From an uncultured Verrucomicrobiae bacterium (GTDB lineage: Bacteria > Verrucomicrobiota > Verrucomicrobiia > Chthoniobacterales > Terrimicrobiaceae), in the NCBI GenBank assembly GCA_963706955.1, contig CAVPOC010000003.1, positions 672,001-736,000 on the forward strand: a DNA stretch of 64,000 nucleotides, read 5' to 3'. The position numbers and the translations under genes are program-made. Positions 40,068-50,380 of the stretch are shown here, piece after piece. The notes below the pieces were generated by a model that saw only the letters and a list, made by a program, of their open reading frames with translations, searched no databases and had not been told where the DNA came from. Numbering within the stretch: the stretch's first letter is position 1; each line of letters starts with the position of its first letter.

Positions 40068-40487
40068 TCAGCGTTGGTCGCCGAATTTCACGCCGGCCTT
40101 CTGCACTTCACGGTAGGGCAGCAGCCAAACGAGCGACTCATCGTGCAAGTCGACCACCTGGATACGATTCCCCCAAGGATCACGAAAGTCACACCGAAAA
40201 CCAGGAATTAGTTTTAGGTGGTATTTATTTACGAGTTTGTCTCGCACTTCCGCGAGTTGCGCCTCATCGCGAACCATGATCCCAAAATGCCCGCTTCCCT
40301 CTCCAGAACGCGCTCGTTTGTTTTCGAACATGGCCAGGAACTGATGTTCGCCCAGTTTGAAGAAGGCATCGCCTTCACCTTCGTCCAGCTTCTTCAGTCC
40401 GAAGACATCAGCGTAAAATGCGACCGCTTTGTCGATATCGCCAACATCGATCGCAACATGATTGCAGCCGTACACCTGGACACTCAT
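40068..40487 (-). CDS. VOC/glyoxalase family protein
   Basis: NHVAIDVGDIDKAVAFY, HFGIMV, FRDPWGNRIQV. Confidence 0.88.
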   Translation of the reverse strand: MSVQVYGCNHVAIDVGDIDKAVAFYADVFGLKKLDEGEGDAFFKLGEHQFLAMFENKRARSGEGSGHFGIMVRDEAQLAEVRDKLVNKYHLKLIPGFRCDFRDPWGNRIQVVDLHDESLVWLLPYREVQKAGVKFGDQR

Positions 40488-40718
40488 CTCTGATACGGAA
40501 TCGGCGCCCCGCGAGAACTCGGATGCACCCGGACGAAGGCACCTCGACTGCCGTTGTCTCCTTTTCCAAACATAAAATCTGCACTATCTCCGTCGACGCG
40601 CGCAACGTGTCGAGCAACCTCCGAATCAGATCTTGACCGGCACGCCGCCCAGACGAGCACTGCCGAGACAATGTGCATATCCCGCAGCCCCATTTCGCCT
40701 GGAGTTGGAACCGGCTTT

Positions 40719-40910
40719 TTATGTAGGACACATCTTCGGGCGCACCGGAGCTGCCGGGCGGATCAAACTCGATGTAGCCGACGGCGAACTCTCGGGACGA
40801 CCTTGACCTGACAGGCATTCGGCGGTTAATGCCACGGCCCCACTTAATACCGCTCCCTGCAAGAATTTCCGTCGATTGAAGCCGGACGCTTCTTTGGATG
40901 TATCGCTCAT
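40719..40910 (-). pseudogene. Short ORF consisting mainly of a twin-arginine signal peptide (truncated or frameshifted Tat substrate)
   Basis: MSDTSKEASGFNRRKFLQGAVLSGAVAL, then a stop after 63 aa. Confidence 0.4.
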
Positions 40911-41148
40911 TTTTAGCCATCGATTCACCACGTCCGAGCGGAGGTAGATTATAGCCAATTTTCGCGACCGCAGAGCGCTTTAGGGAACAGGTCTGGTTGA
41001 AGCCGCGCGCGTCGCCTTTAACACCTCTTTTCTCCCCAAAGTGTCCTCAGAATTTCCAATCTGGGCCGCTCCCGCAGCATTTTCCCCCCGCGTTTTGGAC
41101 TTGTCATTTGCACCGAAGAATACGCTCATCGCGCAAGCCAGCAGACCA

Positions 41149-42474
41149 ATGAGCAATTTGAATCTCGCCGTTCAGTTTTTTCTCCAGCTTGCGGTCATCC
41201 TGGTCTTTTGCCGGCTGGTGGGAGCGATCGCGGCGCGTTGCGGCCAACCGCAGGTCGTCGCTGAAATGATCGCCGGAGTCATGCTGGGGCCGTCCCTATT
41301 CGGACTGCTTTGGCCTGAGGCGCAACAGTGGCTCTTCCCCTGGGACGCCACGCAGAAAACGCGCGACACACAAAGCTACCTCTTCCCTGCCTCGCAGCTC
41401 GGCCTCGCCCTTTACATGTTCATTGTCGGAATGGAATTCCGGATGGACATCGTTCAGCGGCAGCTGAAGAGTTCGGTGGCAGTGTCGATCGCGGGAATGA
41501 TTACGCCATTCATTCTGGGGGCAGGGCTGGCTTGGATCTTTTTCCACTTCACCGAGCTCTTTCCGGAACAAACGTCGTTGTTTGAAGCAATGCTCTTTCT
41601 GGGAGCTTCCATGTGCATTACCGCCTTTCCGATGCTCGCCCGGATCATTCATTTCAAAAAGCTCACTGGAACGACGATGGGCACCGTCGCACTCGGGGCC
41701 GGCGCCATTGATGACGCGACGGCATGGTGCCTTCTTGCCATCGTCCTCGCCAGCTTCGATAGCAATTGGAGTCATGCCATCGTCAACATCGGCGGCGGCA
41801 TCGCTTACGTCAGCTTGGTCCTTCTTGTTTTGCGTCCAATGCTCGCTCGGTCCAAGGCATGGCTGGTGAACGAGGGTGCGCTTACGGATGCTGGGCTGGT
41901 GCTCGGGCTGGCGCTGATGGCACTCGGAGCTTGGTTCACTGATTTGATCGGACTCCATGCCGTTTTTGGTGCGTTCGTCATGGGCGCGGCCATGCCTCGT
42001 GGAATGGTCACGCGTGACCTGATCGGACGCATCCAGCCGGTCACGGTCGCGCTCCTCCTGCCACTATTTTTCACCTACTCGGGCCTCAACACGAAGATTG
42101 GTCTGCTCAACACCGGTTTTCTCTGGCTGATGTGTGGCGCCGTCCTCTTCGCGGCCGTGCTCGGCAAGGGAGTCGCCTGCTGGCTGGCAGCGCGCGCCAC
42201 CGGTATCTCGAATCGCGAAGCTCTCGGCATTGGGACGCTGATGAACGCCCGCGGCTTGATGGAATTGATCATCATCAATATCGGCCTGCAGCGCGGTATC
42301 ATCTCGGAAGGGCTTTTCGCCACTCTTGTCATCATGGCCGTGATCACCACACTGATGGCGTCGCCACTCTTTGAGCGACTCGTCGGCACCGGCAAACACC
42401 AACCCATCCCCGAACCCAACGAGCCGGTCAAAGTCCAGAACTCTCTCGGGCCGACCTCCCTCCTCAACAACTAG
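41149..42474 (+). CDS. Cation:proton antiporter (CPA2 family)
   Basis: GQPQVVAEMIAGVMLGPS, ITAFPMLARI, AIDDATAW, LMNARGLMELI. Confidence 0.92.
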   Translation: MSNLNLAVQFFLQLAVILVFCRLVGAIAARCGQPQVVAEMIAGVMLGPSLFGLLWPEAQQWLFPWDATQKTRDTQSYLFPASQLGLALYMFIVGMEFRMDIVQRQLKSSVAVSIAGMITPFILGAGLAWIFFHFTELFPEQTSLFEAMLFLGASMCITAFPMLARIIHFKKLTGTTMGTVALGAGAIDDATAWCLLAIVLASFDSNWSHAIVNIGGGIAYVSLVLLVLRPMLARSKAWLVNEGALTDAGLVLGLALMALGAWFTDLIGLHAVFGAFVMGAAMPRGMVTRDLIGRIQPVTVALLLPLFFTYSGLNTKIGLLNTGFLWLMCGAVLFAAVLGKGVACWLAARATGISNREALGIGTLMNARGLMELIIINIGLQRGIISEGLFATLVIMAVITTLMASPLFERLVGTGKHQPIPEPNEPVKVQNSLGPTSLLNN

Positions 42475-42549
42475 CTAGTCAAGTTGCCGACAACTCGGCT
42501 TTTAGCGATAAGAAAATCTCTTCCCTGGAGGGGACAGCGCCGCGCTCCT

Positions 42550-42601
42550 GAAACTTAGTTGCGCCAATCGATTGACATCGGAACATAGTTGCGGATACGC
42601 T
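42550..42601 (+). promoter_or_regulatory. Promoter with paired putative RpiR operators
   Basis: Direct repeats GAAACTTAGTTGCG (42550-42563) and GGAACATAGTTGCG (42580-42593) flank TTGACA (42572); TACGCT at 42596-42601 ends 6 nt before ATG 42608. Confidence 0.55.
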
Positions 42602-42607
42602 GACGGG

Positions 42608-43546
42608 ATGAAGAGTCTCGGACCCGAGGCCCGAACCGACCAGGATCCGAGGACTGATTTGCATCCACTCCAGCAGGTCATGTCGGCGGTGAGTGACATG
42701 CCGGAGAGTTGCCGGGCGGTGGCTCGCTATATTCTCGACAACCCGCAACGGGTGGCCTCCTTTTCGATTGGCGAGTTGGCGAGACTGACGCGGTCGAACA
42801 AGACGGCCGTCGTGCGCGTCTGTCAGCTGAGCGGTTACCGCGGTTATCGTGAATTGCGAGCGGCGCTGCTCGAGAACCGCGGGCTGGTTCGCGGCGCCGA
42901 GTTGCTTGGCTTTGACGTTCCCCCGGACGCGGATGTTTCCGACGATCGCCTCCATGTTGCCCGAGAGGTGATCAAGATCAATTTGGAGGTCCTTCAGGAA
43001 ACTCTGACTTTATTGGACAAGGCGGCCCTGGAATCGTCGGCCGACCGTATTCTGGCTGCGCGTCACGTCTTTCTGACAGGCTTTGGAAGTTCTGCGCCCG
43101 TGGCGCAAGACACCTACCAACGTTTTCTAAGACTTCAGATTTCATCGTCGGCGTGCGCGGATCCGCACATTCTGGCCAGCATTGCAGCCAATATCTCGCC
43201 GAGCGACCTCCTCTTTTGTGTAACCTACAGCGGAGAGACCCGCGACATCATCGAAGCTTTGGAAACCGCCAGGCAACGTCAAGCCGCGACCATCACCCTG
43301 ACGAGCGTCCCGCGTTCATCGGCAGCTCGTCTTTCGGACGTCGTCCTGCTCTCCGCAGCCAGTAGGAAGGCCCGCGCCGGCGAAACGGTGGCGTCCCGGG
43401 TGGCCCAGCTGGCCGTGGTCGACGTCATCACGGCGATCATTGCGCTGAGAAAGAAAGGGGAGCTCCGTGGCGGTAGTGAGCGAATCGAACAAGAACTCAG
43501 CAAGAAGCGCATTAGTTATCGGCCAAGGGCTAAGGGTTCATCTTAA
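42608..43546 (+). CDS. RpiR/MurR family regulator
   Basis: HTH SIGELARLTRSNKTAVVRVCQLSGYRGY; SIS domain GFGSS, YSGET. Confidence 0.9.
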   Translation: MKSLGPEARTDQDPRTDLHPLQQVMSAVSDMPESCRAVARYILDNPQRVASFSIGELARLTRSNKTAVVRVCQLSGYRGYRELRAALLENRGLVRGAELLGFDVPPDADVSDDRLHVAREVIKINLEVLQETLTLLDKAALESSADRILAARHVFLTGFGSSAPVAQDTYQRFLRLQISSSACADPHILASIAANISPSDLLFCVTYSGETRDIIEALETARQRQAATITLTSVPRSSAARLSDVVLLSAASRKARAGETVASRVAQLAVVDVITAIIALRKKGELRGGSERIEQELSKKRISYRPRAKGSS

Positions 43547-43588
43547 TAGCCCCGGGCTGCATCACCGGACAGTTCTTCCCCCGACAGC

Positions 43589-44596
43589 ATGAAAGTCCAA
43601 AGGACCGCCTCAGATTTTGACGGTGAGCGAGTGACGTTTCTCGACCGCGCGTCGATTTCGACGATGGCTCGTTCCTACGCAATTATCATTGTTCTGGTCA
43701 TCCTTTGCGGAATCTCGGCGCTCTTTACGCCCACCTTTCTAAGCAGTGAAAACCTAACGAACATACTTCGGCAGGTGAGTGTGATCACGATTATCGCGTT
43801 CGGGGAAACTATGTTGATCATCGCGGGAATGGTCGATCTCGCACCGGGCTCAGTCGCCGCGCTCGCTGGATGTGTGGCCATAGGCACGTTTATCGCCACC
43901 GACTCCATCCTCTTGGCTGTGATCAGCGCCGTTCTCATCGGCGCTGCGACCGGCCTGACCAGCGGATTCATCGTCACGCGGTATCGGGTTCCCTCGTTTA
44001 TCATGACCCTCGCCATGATGACGATCGCTCGCGGACTAGTCTTCATCTACACGAAGGGATTTCCCATCTACGACATCGGCGCCATCAACTTTCTGGGCAA
44101 AGGCGATCTGCTGGGAATTCCGATTCCGGTCGTGGTCATGCTGGGTCTGGCTGTTTTCTCCGGCGTCCTTCTTAGCAAAACCAGGTTCGGCCGATATCTA
44201 TATGCGATTGGTGGCAGTGAGGACGCCGCCATCGCGGCGGGCATCAAGATCCGCCGCATTAAGATTCTGGCCTTTGTCCTTTGTGGGATCTTCTCGGGGA
44301 TCGGGGGTCTTCTCCTGATGGCACGGCTGAATTCCGGGCAGCCGGCCGCAGGCGTCGGCTATGAGTTCGACGCGATCACCGGCGCGATTATTGGGGGAAC
44401 TAGTTTCACGGGTGGCGTCGGCACCATTCCAGGCACCTTGGCGGGCTGCTTGATTGTGGGAGTTATCAACAACGTGCTGAATCTCCTAAGCGTGCCCTCC
44501 TATTACCAACAGGTCATCAAAGGTCTTATCATCGTTGTCGCTGTTGTCTTGGATCTTAAGACTCGTGGCGTCCGAACTCGGAGCCTGGTGACCTAG
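43589..44596 (+). CDS. Monosaccharide ABC transporter permease (RbsC-like)
   Basis: GMVDLAPGS, TRFGRYLYAIGGSEDAA, GYEFDAITGAIIGGTS. Confidence 0.93.
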   Translation: MKVQRTASDFDGERVTFLDRASISTMARSYAIIIVLVILCGISALFTPTFLSSENLTNILRQVSVITIIAFGETMLIIAGMVDLAPGSVAALAGCVAIGTFIATDSILLAVISAVLIGAATGLTSGFIVTRYRVPSFIMTLAMMTIARGLVFIYTKGFPIYDIGAINFLGKGDLLGIPIPVVVMLGLAVFSGVLLSKTRFGRYLYAIGGSEDAAIAAGIKIRRIKILAFVLCGIFSGIGGLLLMARLNSGQPAAGVGYEFDAITGAIIGGTSFTGGVGTIPGTLAGCLIVGVINNVLNLLSVPSYYQQVIKGLIIVVAVVLDLKTRGVRTRSLVT

Positions 44597-44759
44597 TATG
44601 CTTCGGAAAAATGAGGACCCCGATTAAACGCGCCAGCGATGAAAGATTCCGACCGCGCACGACGATTTCTATTCCCTTCCCGAAATGATGCGAATCGATC
44701 CATCACCAGGGAATGATTCCAAAAGTAAGTAGCAAAACAAAAAATCGAAATATCAACCC

Positions 44760-45731
44760 ATGAACATAAAAATCGCCACCGGCTGCATCTTAGCCTTGAC
44801 CATGTCTTGCCTCATCGCTGAGGAAACCGCCAACCAAAAGGGCAAAACATACACCATCGGCTTCGCCGCGAAATCCTTTCAAGATCCGTTCACCTCCTGG
44901 CAGGCGCAGACGGTCAAGAAGTTCGCCAAAGAATCCTATCCCAACTTTGATCTTAAGCTCTTGGATTCGGAAATGTCCGTCGAAAAACAGACGAATCTGG
45001 TGGAGAACTTCATCTCGCAGAAGGTCGACTTGATTATCGTCCAGCCTCTTGATGCGCAGGCATTGATCCCGGCAATCGACAAGGCTTACGCTCTGCAGCC
45101 ACCAGTCCCGGTGATCAATCTCTCCCTAAAGATAGACGATAAGAATAGTATCTCTCTGGAGTCGGATCCGGTTCTCGAAGGCAAATTGATCGGGGATTAT
45201 GCGGCCAAGCATCTCCCGCAAGGTGCCAAGGTGGCCATTCTGGAAGGAGAACCGGGCAATCTTGCCGCCGCCTCGCGACAGAAAGGGATCATGGAGGGAC
45301 TAAAAGCGAGGCCAGACATCAAAGTGATCGCTGATCTCACCAGCAATTGGCGCCGGGACAAAGCGATGGCGATCACAGAGGATTGGCTCCAAGCCTATCC
45401 CCAGATTGACGCAATTCTCTGCCATAATGATGATTCCGCCCTTGGCGCTATTGAAGCTCTCAAAGCGGCGGGCAAGGCCGGCAAGGTCATGGTCCTCGGA
45501 GTCGACGGACTTCCGGAAGCATTAAAGGCGATCGAAGCGGGCCTGATGACTGGAACGGTGGTCCAGCAGGTGGTTGACCAAGCGAAGATGACACTGGAGG
45601 TCGCCGCGAAGTTACTGAATGGAGAAAAGGTCCAACGTCACATACAGATCCCCGGCGAGTTGGTCAGTAAGGAGAATAAAAACGTCCAAAAGTGGATCGA
45701 TATTGAAAAGGAAGCCGGCCTAATCAAGTAA
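44760..45731 (+). CDS. Sugar ABC transporter substrate-binding protein (RbsB-like)
   Basis: Signal peptide; QKVDLIIVQP, NWRRDKA, AILCHNDDSALGA, VLGVDG. Confidence 0.9.
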   Translation: MNIKIATGCILALTMSCLIAEETANQKGKTYTIGFAAKSFQDPFTSWQAQTVKKFAKESYPNFDLKLLDSEMSVEKQTNLVENFISQKVDLIIVQPLDAQALIPAIDKAYALQPPVPVINLSLKIDDKNSISLESDPVLEGKLIGDYAAKHLPQGAKVAILEGEPGNLAAASRQKGIMEGLKARPDIKVIADLTSNWRRDKAMAITEDWLQAYPQIDAILCHNDDSALGAIEALKAAGKAGKVMVLGVDGLPEALKAIEAGLMTGTVVQQVVDQAKMTLEVAAKLLNGEKVQRHIQIPGELVSKENKNVQKWIDIEKEAGLIK

Positions 45732-45786
45732 GCATGACTGGGCTGAGGGCGTCGCTCCTCTGCCGAAAGGAAGTGCGAAAGGAGAC

Positions 45787-47274
45787 TTGAAAGCGACCAA
45801 CGTTATCGCATTCGATGTCGGCGCGGGCAGCGGAAGAGTTTCCGTGGGCAGCTTTGACGGCGAGCAGATTGTAATTCGGGAGATTCATCGCTTCTTCAAC
45901 CGGCCGGTAAAGATCCTCGACAACCTGCATTGGGATATTCTCAGCATATTTCAGGAGTTGAAATACGCCTTGGCGCGTCTGAACAAGAATGCGACCTACC
46001 TGAGCGCCGGTATTGACGCCTGGGGAGCTGATTATGGTCTGATTGATCGCCGCGGACGGCTGCTCGGAAACGTTTATCACTACCGCGACAGCAGAACCGA
46101 TCACATCGAAGAAAAGCTGCTCGAGAAGATTCCAGCTCGCGCGCTCTTTGCTATGACTGCGTCCGATCTGAAACGCCACTATACGCTGGCTCAGGTCTAT
46201 TCGCAGGTGATCAGCCGCGATCCGCTCCTGACAACTGCGGACAAGCTTCTCCTGATCCCCGACCTCCTGAACTACCTGTTTACCGGTTCGGTGACTGCGG
46301 AGATGACCATCGCGGGAACCAGCCAGTTGCTAAGCTCCTCGGGCGATTCATGGAACAAAACCCTGCTGGCACTGCTGGAGATTCCGGAAAAGCTCTTCCC
46401 GGCGATCACCTCTCCTGGCACTGCGCTCGGCCCGATTCAGCGCGCCTATGAGATCGAAACCGGTTTCTCCCAATTGAAGTTCGTGTCGGTTAGCGGTCAT
46501 GATACGGCCTCCGCGACCTCCGTCGTCGACATGGATCACACTTCTACCTTCGTCAGCACGGGGACGACCATTGTCGTCGGAACCGAGACGTACAATCCCC
46601 TGATAAGTGATCTCTGCTTTAGGTACGGGTTCAAGAATTGTCCCGGAACCGAGGGAAAGAATCTTTTAATGCGCAATAACACCGGCTTCTGGATCCTCCA
46701 GCAATGCCAGCGCCAGTGGCAACGCCAGTCCACCCCCTCATTTTCTTCTCTCTCCCAACAAGCTCGGAAAACGAAGAAGCTCCCTGGCATCTTTGACCCG
46801 GAATCTGCCGATTTTCAGAATCCGGAAAGTATGCTCGCCAGCATCAAGGCTTTTGCGGTTCGAACGAATCAGACACCTCCTCAGACCAGGGGAGACTACA
46901 CGCGCTCGATCTATGCGAGTCTGGCGCTGCAAGTGAGATGGTGTGTCGAAAGGCTCGGCGAGATCCTGAGGATAAAGATGGAGCGAATCCACCTTATTGG
47001 CGGGGGGGCAAACGACAATCTCTTCTGTGAAGTCGTCGCCGATTGCACCGGTTTGCCGGTGCGGGCCGGCCCCGCGGAGGCCACTACCATTGGCAATGTC
47101 ATGGTTCAACTCCGCGCCGCAACCGAAATCTCATCGCTAAGTGAAATCCGCGAAGTCGTTGGGCGATCAATACCTACTCGCGACTATCTGCCGAACCGCA
47201 GCAGCGACGAACAGTGGGCAAGTCTGTATCTAAACTTCAATTCTTACAAGGAAACTGGACACGAATATGTATGA
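45787..47274 (+). CDS. FGGY carbohydrate kinase, rhamnulokinase/fuculokinase-like
   Basis: AFDVGAGSGR, IDAWGADYGL, YHYRDSRT, GHDTASA, IGGGA, AGPAEATTIGN. Confidence 0.88.
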   Translation: MKATNVIAFDVGAGSGRVSVGSFDGEQIVIREIHRFFNRPVKILDNLHWDILSIFQELKYALARLNKNATYLSAGIDAWGADYGLIDRRGRLLGNVYHYRDSRTDHIEEKLLEKIPARALFAMTASDLKRHYTLAQVYSQVISRDPLLTTADKLLLIPDLLNYLFTGSVTAEMTIAGTSQLLSSSGDSWNKTLLALLEIPEKLFPAITSPGTALGPIQRAYEIETGFSQLKFVSVSGHDTASATSVVDMDHTSTFVSTGTTIVVGTETYNPLISDLCFRYGFKNCPGTEGKNLLMRNNTGFWILQQCQRQWQRQSTPSFSSLSQQARKTKKLPGIFDPESADFQNPESMLASIKAFAVRTNQTPPQTRGDYTRSIYASLALQVRWCVERLGEILRIKMERIHLIGGGANDNLFCEVVADCTGLPVRAGPAEATTIGNVMVQLRAATEISSLSEIREVVGRSIPTRDYLPNRSSDEQWASLYLNFNSYKETGHEYV

Positions 47275-47878
47275 GGACCTGAAACAAACGATCGTCGAGA
47301 TTGCAAGGATTATGGATCAAAAGAATCTTGTTAATACTTACGAGGGCAATCTATCGATCAAGCACGAAGATAGGATTCTGATCACGCCATCCGGGAAGAG
47401 TAAAGCATCGCTAACGCCTGAGATGATCGCCGTGATCGACGAGACCGGCCGCCAGTTTGAAGGGACGCTCCGATACTCCTCCGAATTTCTTCTCCATGTC
47501 GCAGCCTATCGATTGCGCCATGATATCAGCGCGGCCATTCATTCGCACGCGCCTTATCTAACGTCGTATGCTCTTAATAATAAGCCCATTCAAAGTAACG
47601 CCTATCCGGAAATGATCAATCTCTTTGGCAAGATCCCTGTAGTTCCTTACGGGACGCCTGGCACCGAGGAAATCGCCGCGGAGATGGGTCCCCATATCGC
47701 TGCCAGCAAAGTCGTTCTCTTGGCCAATCATGGGGTGCTTGCCGTCGGAATCGATTTGTACGATGCGTTCAATCTTACCCAGGCCGCAGAATCCATTGCC
47801 TATATTCTTACTTTGGCCGATAACCTTGGCCATGTTCAGGATCTCACTCCGGAGCAGGTTGCGCGCGTCTCGAAATAA
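47267..47878 (+). CDS. Class II aldolase (L-fuculose-1-phosphate aldolase-like)
   Basis: EGNLS, ITPSG, SSEFLLH, IHSHAPY, LLANHGV. Confidence 0.88.
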   Translation: MYEDLKQTIVEIARIMDQKNLVNTYEGNLSIKHEDRILITPSGKSKASLTPEMIAVIDETGRQFEGTLRYSSEFLLHVAAYRLRHDISAAIHSHAPYLTSYALNNKPIQSNAYPEMINLFGKIPVVPYGTPGTEEIAAEMGPHIAASKVVLLANHGVLAVGIDLYDAFNLTQAAESIAYILTLADNLGHVQDLTPEQVARVSK

Positions 47879-47937
47879 TCGCCGATTCCGACACCGACTC
47901 ACTCAGTCACGCCGTTTGCGAACTACTTGAGGACATC

Positions 47938-48702
47938 ATGATGGAGCCGCTGCTTGAGGTCCGAAACATTTCCAAGCATTTTCTGGGAATACGCGCCCTC
48001 GAGGGCGTCAATTTTAAGATCAACACGAAAGAGCGCGTCGGCTTAGTCGGAGATAACGGTGCCGGGAAATCAACGCTGATCAAGATTATCGCCGGTATTC
48101 AGCTTCCCACCGCTGGCGACATCTTTTGGGAGGGAAAACAGTTGACCATGGAATCGCCCGCGGTCGCCAGGGAATTGGGCATAGAAACGATCTACCAAGA
48201 TCTCTCGCTTGCTAATAATCTAACGACCGCCAACAACTTTTTCCTCGGCCGAGAGTTGACCCAGCGTTACCTGGGAGGGCTGGTGCAATTCTTGGATGAG
48301 AAGTCGATGAATGCTAAGACAGCAGAGTTGCTCTTCCAGATGAATTCCTCCATCCCGACGCGCAAGCAGGTGGCCTTTCTGTCCGGCGGGCAGCGACAAG
48401 CAATCGCGATCATGCGCGTGATGCTCTGGAAGGCAAAACTCATCATTATGGATGAGCCTACTGCAGCGCTGGGAGTGGCTGAACGCAGAAAGCTCCTCGA
48501 TCTGATGAACGAACTCCAGCAGCATGGCGTCTCCGTGCTCCTGGTCAGCCATAACCTTCCGGACATCCTCGAGGCGACTGACCGAGTCTATGTGATTCGG
48601 AGAGGGCGTATCGTCGGCGAGCAACGCACCGCGGCGACGACCGAGCATGCCCTGATTCAACTGATGATCGGCTCCGAACCGGCCAAACCGTCTTCCCACT
48701 AG
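47938..48702 (+). CDS. Sugar ABC transporter ATP-binding protein (single ATPase domain)
   Basis: GDNGAGKST, LSGGQRQ, IIMDEPTAALG, VSHN. Confidence 0.93.
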   Translation: MMEPLLEVRNISKHFLGIRALEGVNFKINTKERVGLVGDNGAGKSTLIKIIAGIQLPTAGDIFWEGKQLTMESPAVARELGIETIYQDLSLANNLTTANNFFLGRELTQRYLGGLVQFLDEKSMNAKTAELLFQMNSSIPTRKQVAFLSGGQRQAIAIMRVMLWKAKLIIMDEPTAALGVAERRKLLDLMNELQQHGVSVLLVSHNLPDILEATDRVYVIRRGRIVGEQRTAATTEHALIQLMIGSEPAKPSSH

Positions 48703-48888
48703 CTGGCTGGCGCTGAGTCAAAGCCGACGAGCTATAGTCGTTGCGCCTCGATCGCCCGCCAACCGCCGCTCGGACTTCTAGATTCTTGCCCAAGGCGATC
48801 GGCTTGGTCCTATTGCTCCCGTTGGCCTGGCGCTCGCGCCAAGAACCACCGGCCTCAGCTCTAAAGACGGTTTGAGCTACCGCCGGGC

Positions 48889-50235
48889 TCAACCGCCCGT
48901 TCCGATCCACCGCAGAATCAAGGGCTCGAAGAAGTGCAGCAGGAAAATGATGGCGAGAATGTGCGTTACAGCGGTGGCTTTCCCCAGCGAACCCGACCCG
49001 AGCGATAACACCGAGAGCATTATCAATCCAAGACCGATGCCGGTGCTAATGCTAAAGCTCATCGGCATCATCAGAATTGTCAGGATCGAAGGAGCCGCTA
49101 ACTGGAAATCGCTTAGATCCAGGTGCACGACCTCCTGGAACATGATCAGTCCGACGGCGACGAGCGCGGGAGCCACCGCGGCTGCCGGCACCATGAGGAT
49201 AAGAGGAGTCAGAAAAAGAGCGAGGACAAAGCAAACTGCCGTGGTGATTGCGGTCAACCCCGTCCGGCCTCCCGCCTGAATACCTGCCGCGCTCTCGATG
49301 TAGCTGACAACCGTCGAAGTCCCCAAGAGCGAGCTGATGATTGCCGCGGCGGAATCCGCGACCAGAACTCTGCCGACGCGCGGAATGTTGCCGTTCGCAT
49401 CCATGATGCCGGCGCGGCGGGTCACACCGATCAGCGTGCCAAGATTGTCGAATAGATCTACTAAGAGAAGTGTGAGGATGACTGCCAAAGCCTTGAGGTG
49501 ATCGGTAAAGAGGAGATCAAAGTTCAGCTTAAAGAATGTTGGTTCCAACGAGGCGGGTAATGAAAGCCACGCCGACGGCGGTGTCGTTACGGTCCCGCCG
49601 CTCGCCTTCGGGACGAAGAGACCGAGGGCCGTCACAATAGCCATCGAGACGATGATCGCGCCGGGGACGCCGCGCGCAATCAGCAGGCACGTCAGCAAGA
49701 TTCCGCCGGCAAAGAGAGCAACATCTGGCCTGGACAGATCGCCCATGCTGACAAGAGTCGCCTGGTTGGCGACAATCAGGCCTCCGTTCTCGAGTCCAAT
49801 GAAGGCGATGAAAAGTCCAATTCCCGCCGAGATGGCGATCTTCATCGGCGACGGGATTGCCGCGAGGATCTTTTCACGCACGCCGGTGATCGAGAGAAGC
49901 AGGAACAGGCATCCGTTGATGAAGACGAGACCAAGCGCGCTTTGCCAGGGGACCTTCATGCCGATGCAGATGCTAAAGGCAAAGAAGGCGTTGATTCCCA
50001 TTCCCGGCGCGAGCGCGAGCGGAAAATTGGTCATGAGGGCCATGAGCAGAGTGGCAACTGCTGCGCTCAGAGCCGTGGCAGTCACCAGCGCCGCCTCCGG
50101 CATACCCGCATTCTTGAGAATCGCCGGATTTACTGCCAGGATGTAGGCCATGGCCGCAAAGGTTGTCAGGCCAGCGACAACCTCGCGCCCCGCCGTGCTG
50201 CCATTTTCCCTAAGACGAAAAATGCGCTCCAGCAT
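48889..50235 (-). CDS. NCS2/AzgA family purine permease
   Basis: AGLTTFAAMAYILAVNP, LAPGMGINAFF, YIESAAGIQAGGRTGL. Confidence 0.92.
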   Translation of the reverse strand: MLERIFRLRENGSTAGREVVAGLTTFAAMAYILAVNPAILKNAGMPEAALVTATALSAAVATLLMALMTNFPLALAPGMGINAFFAFSICIGMKVPWQSALGLVFINGCLFLLLSITGVREKILAAIPSPMKIAISAGIGLFIAFIGLENGGLIVANQATLVSMGDLSRPDVALFAGGILLTCLLIARGVPGAIIVSMAIVTALGLFVPKASGGTVTTPPSAWLSLPASLEPTFFKLNFDLLFTDHLKALAVILTLLLVDLFDNLGTLIGVTRRAGIMDANGNIPRVGRVLVADSAAAIISSLLGTSTVVSYIESAAGIQAGGRTGLTAITTAVCFVLALFLTPLILMVPAAAVAPALVAVGLIMFQEVVHLDLSDFQLAAPSILTILMMPMSFSISTGIGLGLIMLSVLSLGSGSLGKATAVTHILAIIFLLHFFEPLILRWIGTGG

Positions 50236-50335
50236 TGAGCAAACTAATACGGCGCCTTGGGCGTGATGACACGTTCATTCCGCGCAAGCTTCGAAAGGGG
50301 TTGCCGAGCGCTTGCGCGAGCCTGGTCGCTTCACC

Positions 50336-50363
50336 CGGCCCCTGGTCACCCGGGGCCTCTACA
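50336..50363 (-). repeat. Single GTAG-type REP hairpin
   Basis: Minus strand TTGTAGAGGCCCC-GGGTGACCA-GGGGCC just downstream of ahcY. Confidence 0.55.
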
Positions 50364-50380
50364 AGCTTTCGCCTTGAAAG

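Noticed and set aside
50236..50380. Purine riboswitch upstream of the NCS2 permease
   Set aside because: Hairpins are present, but I could not find the conserved purine-riboswitch core; one hairpin is REP-like.
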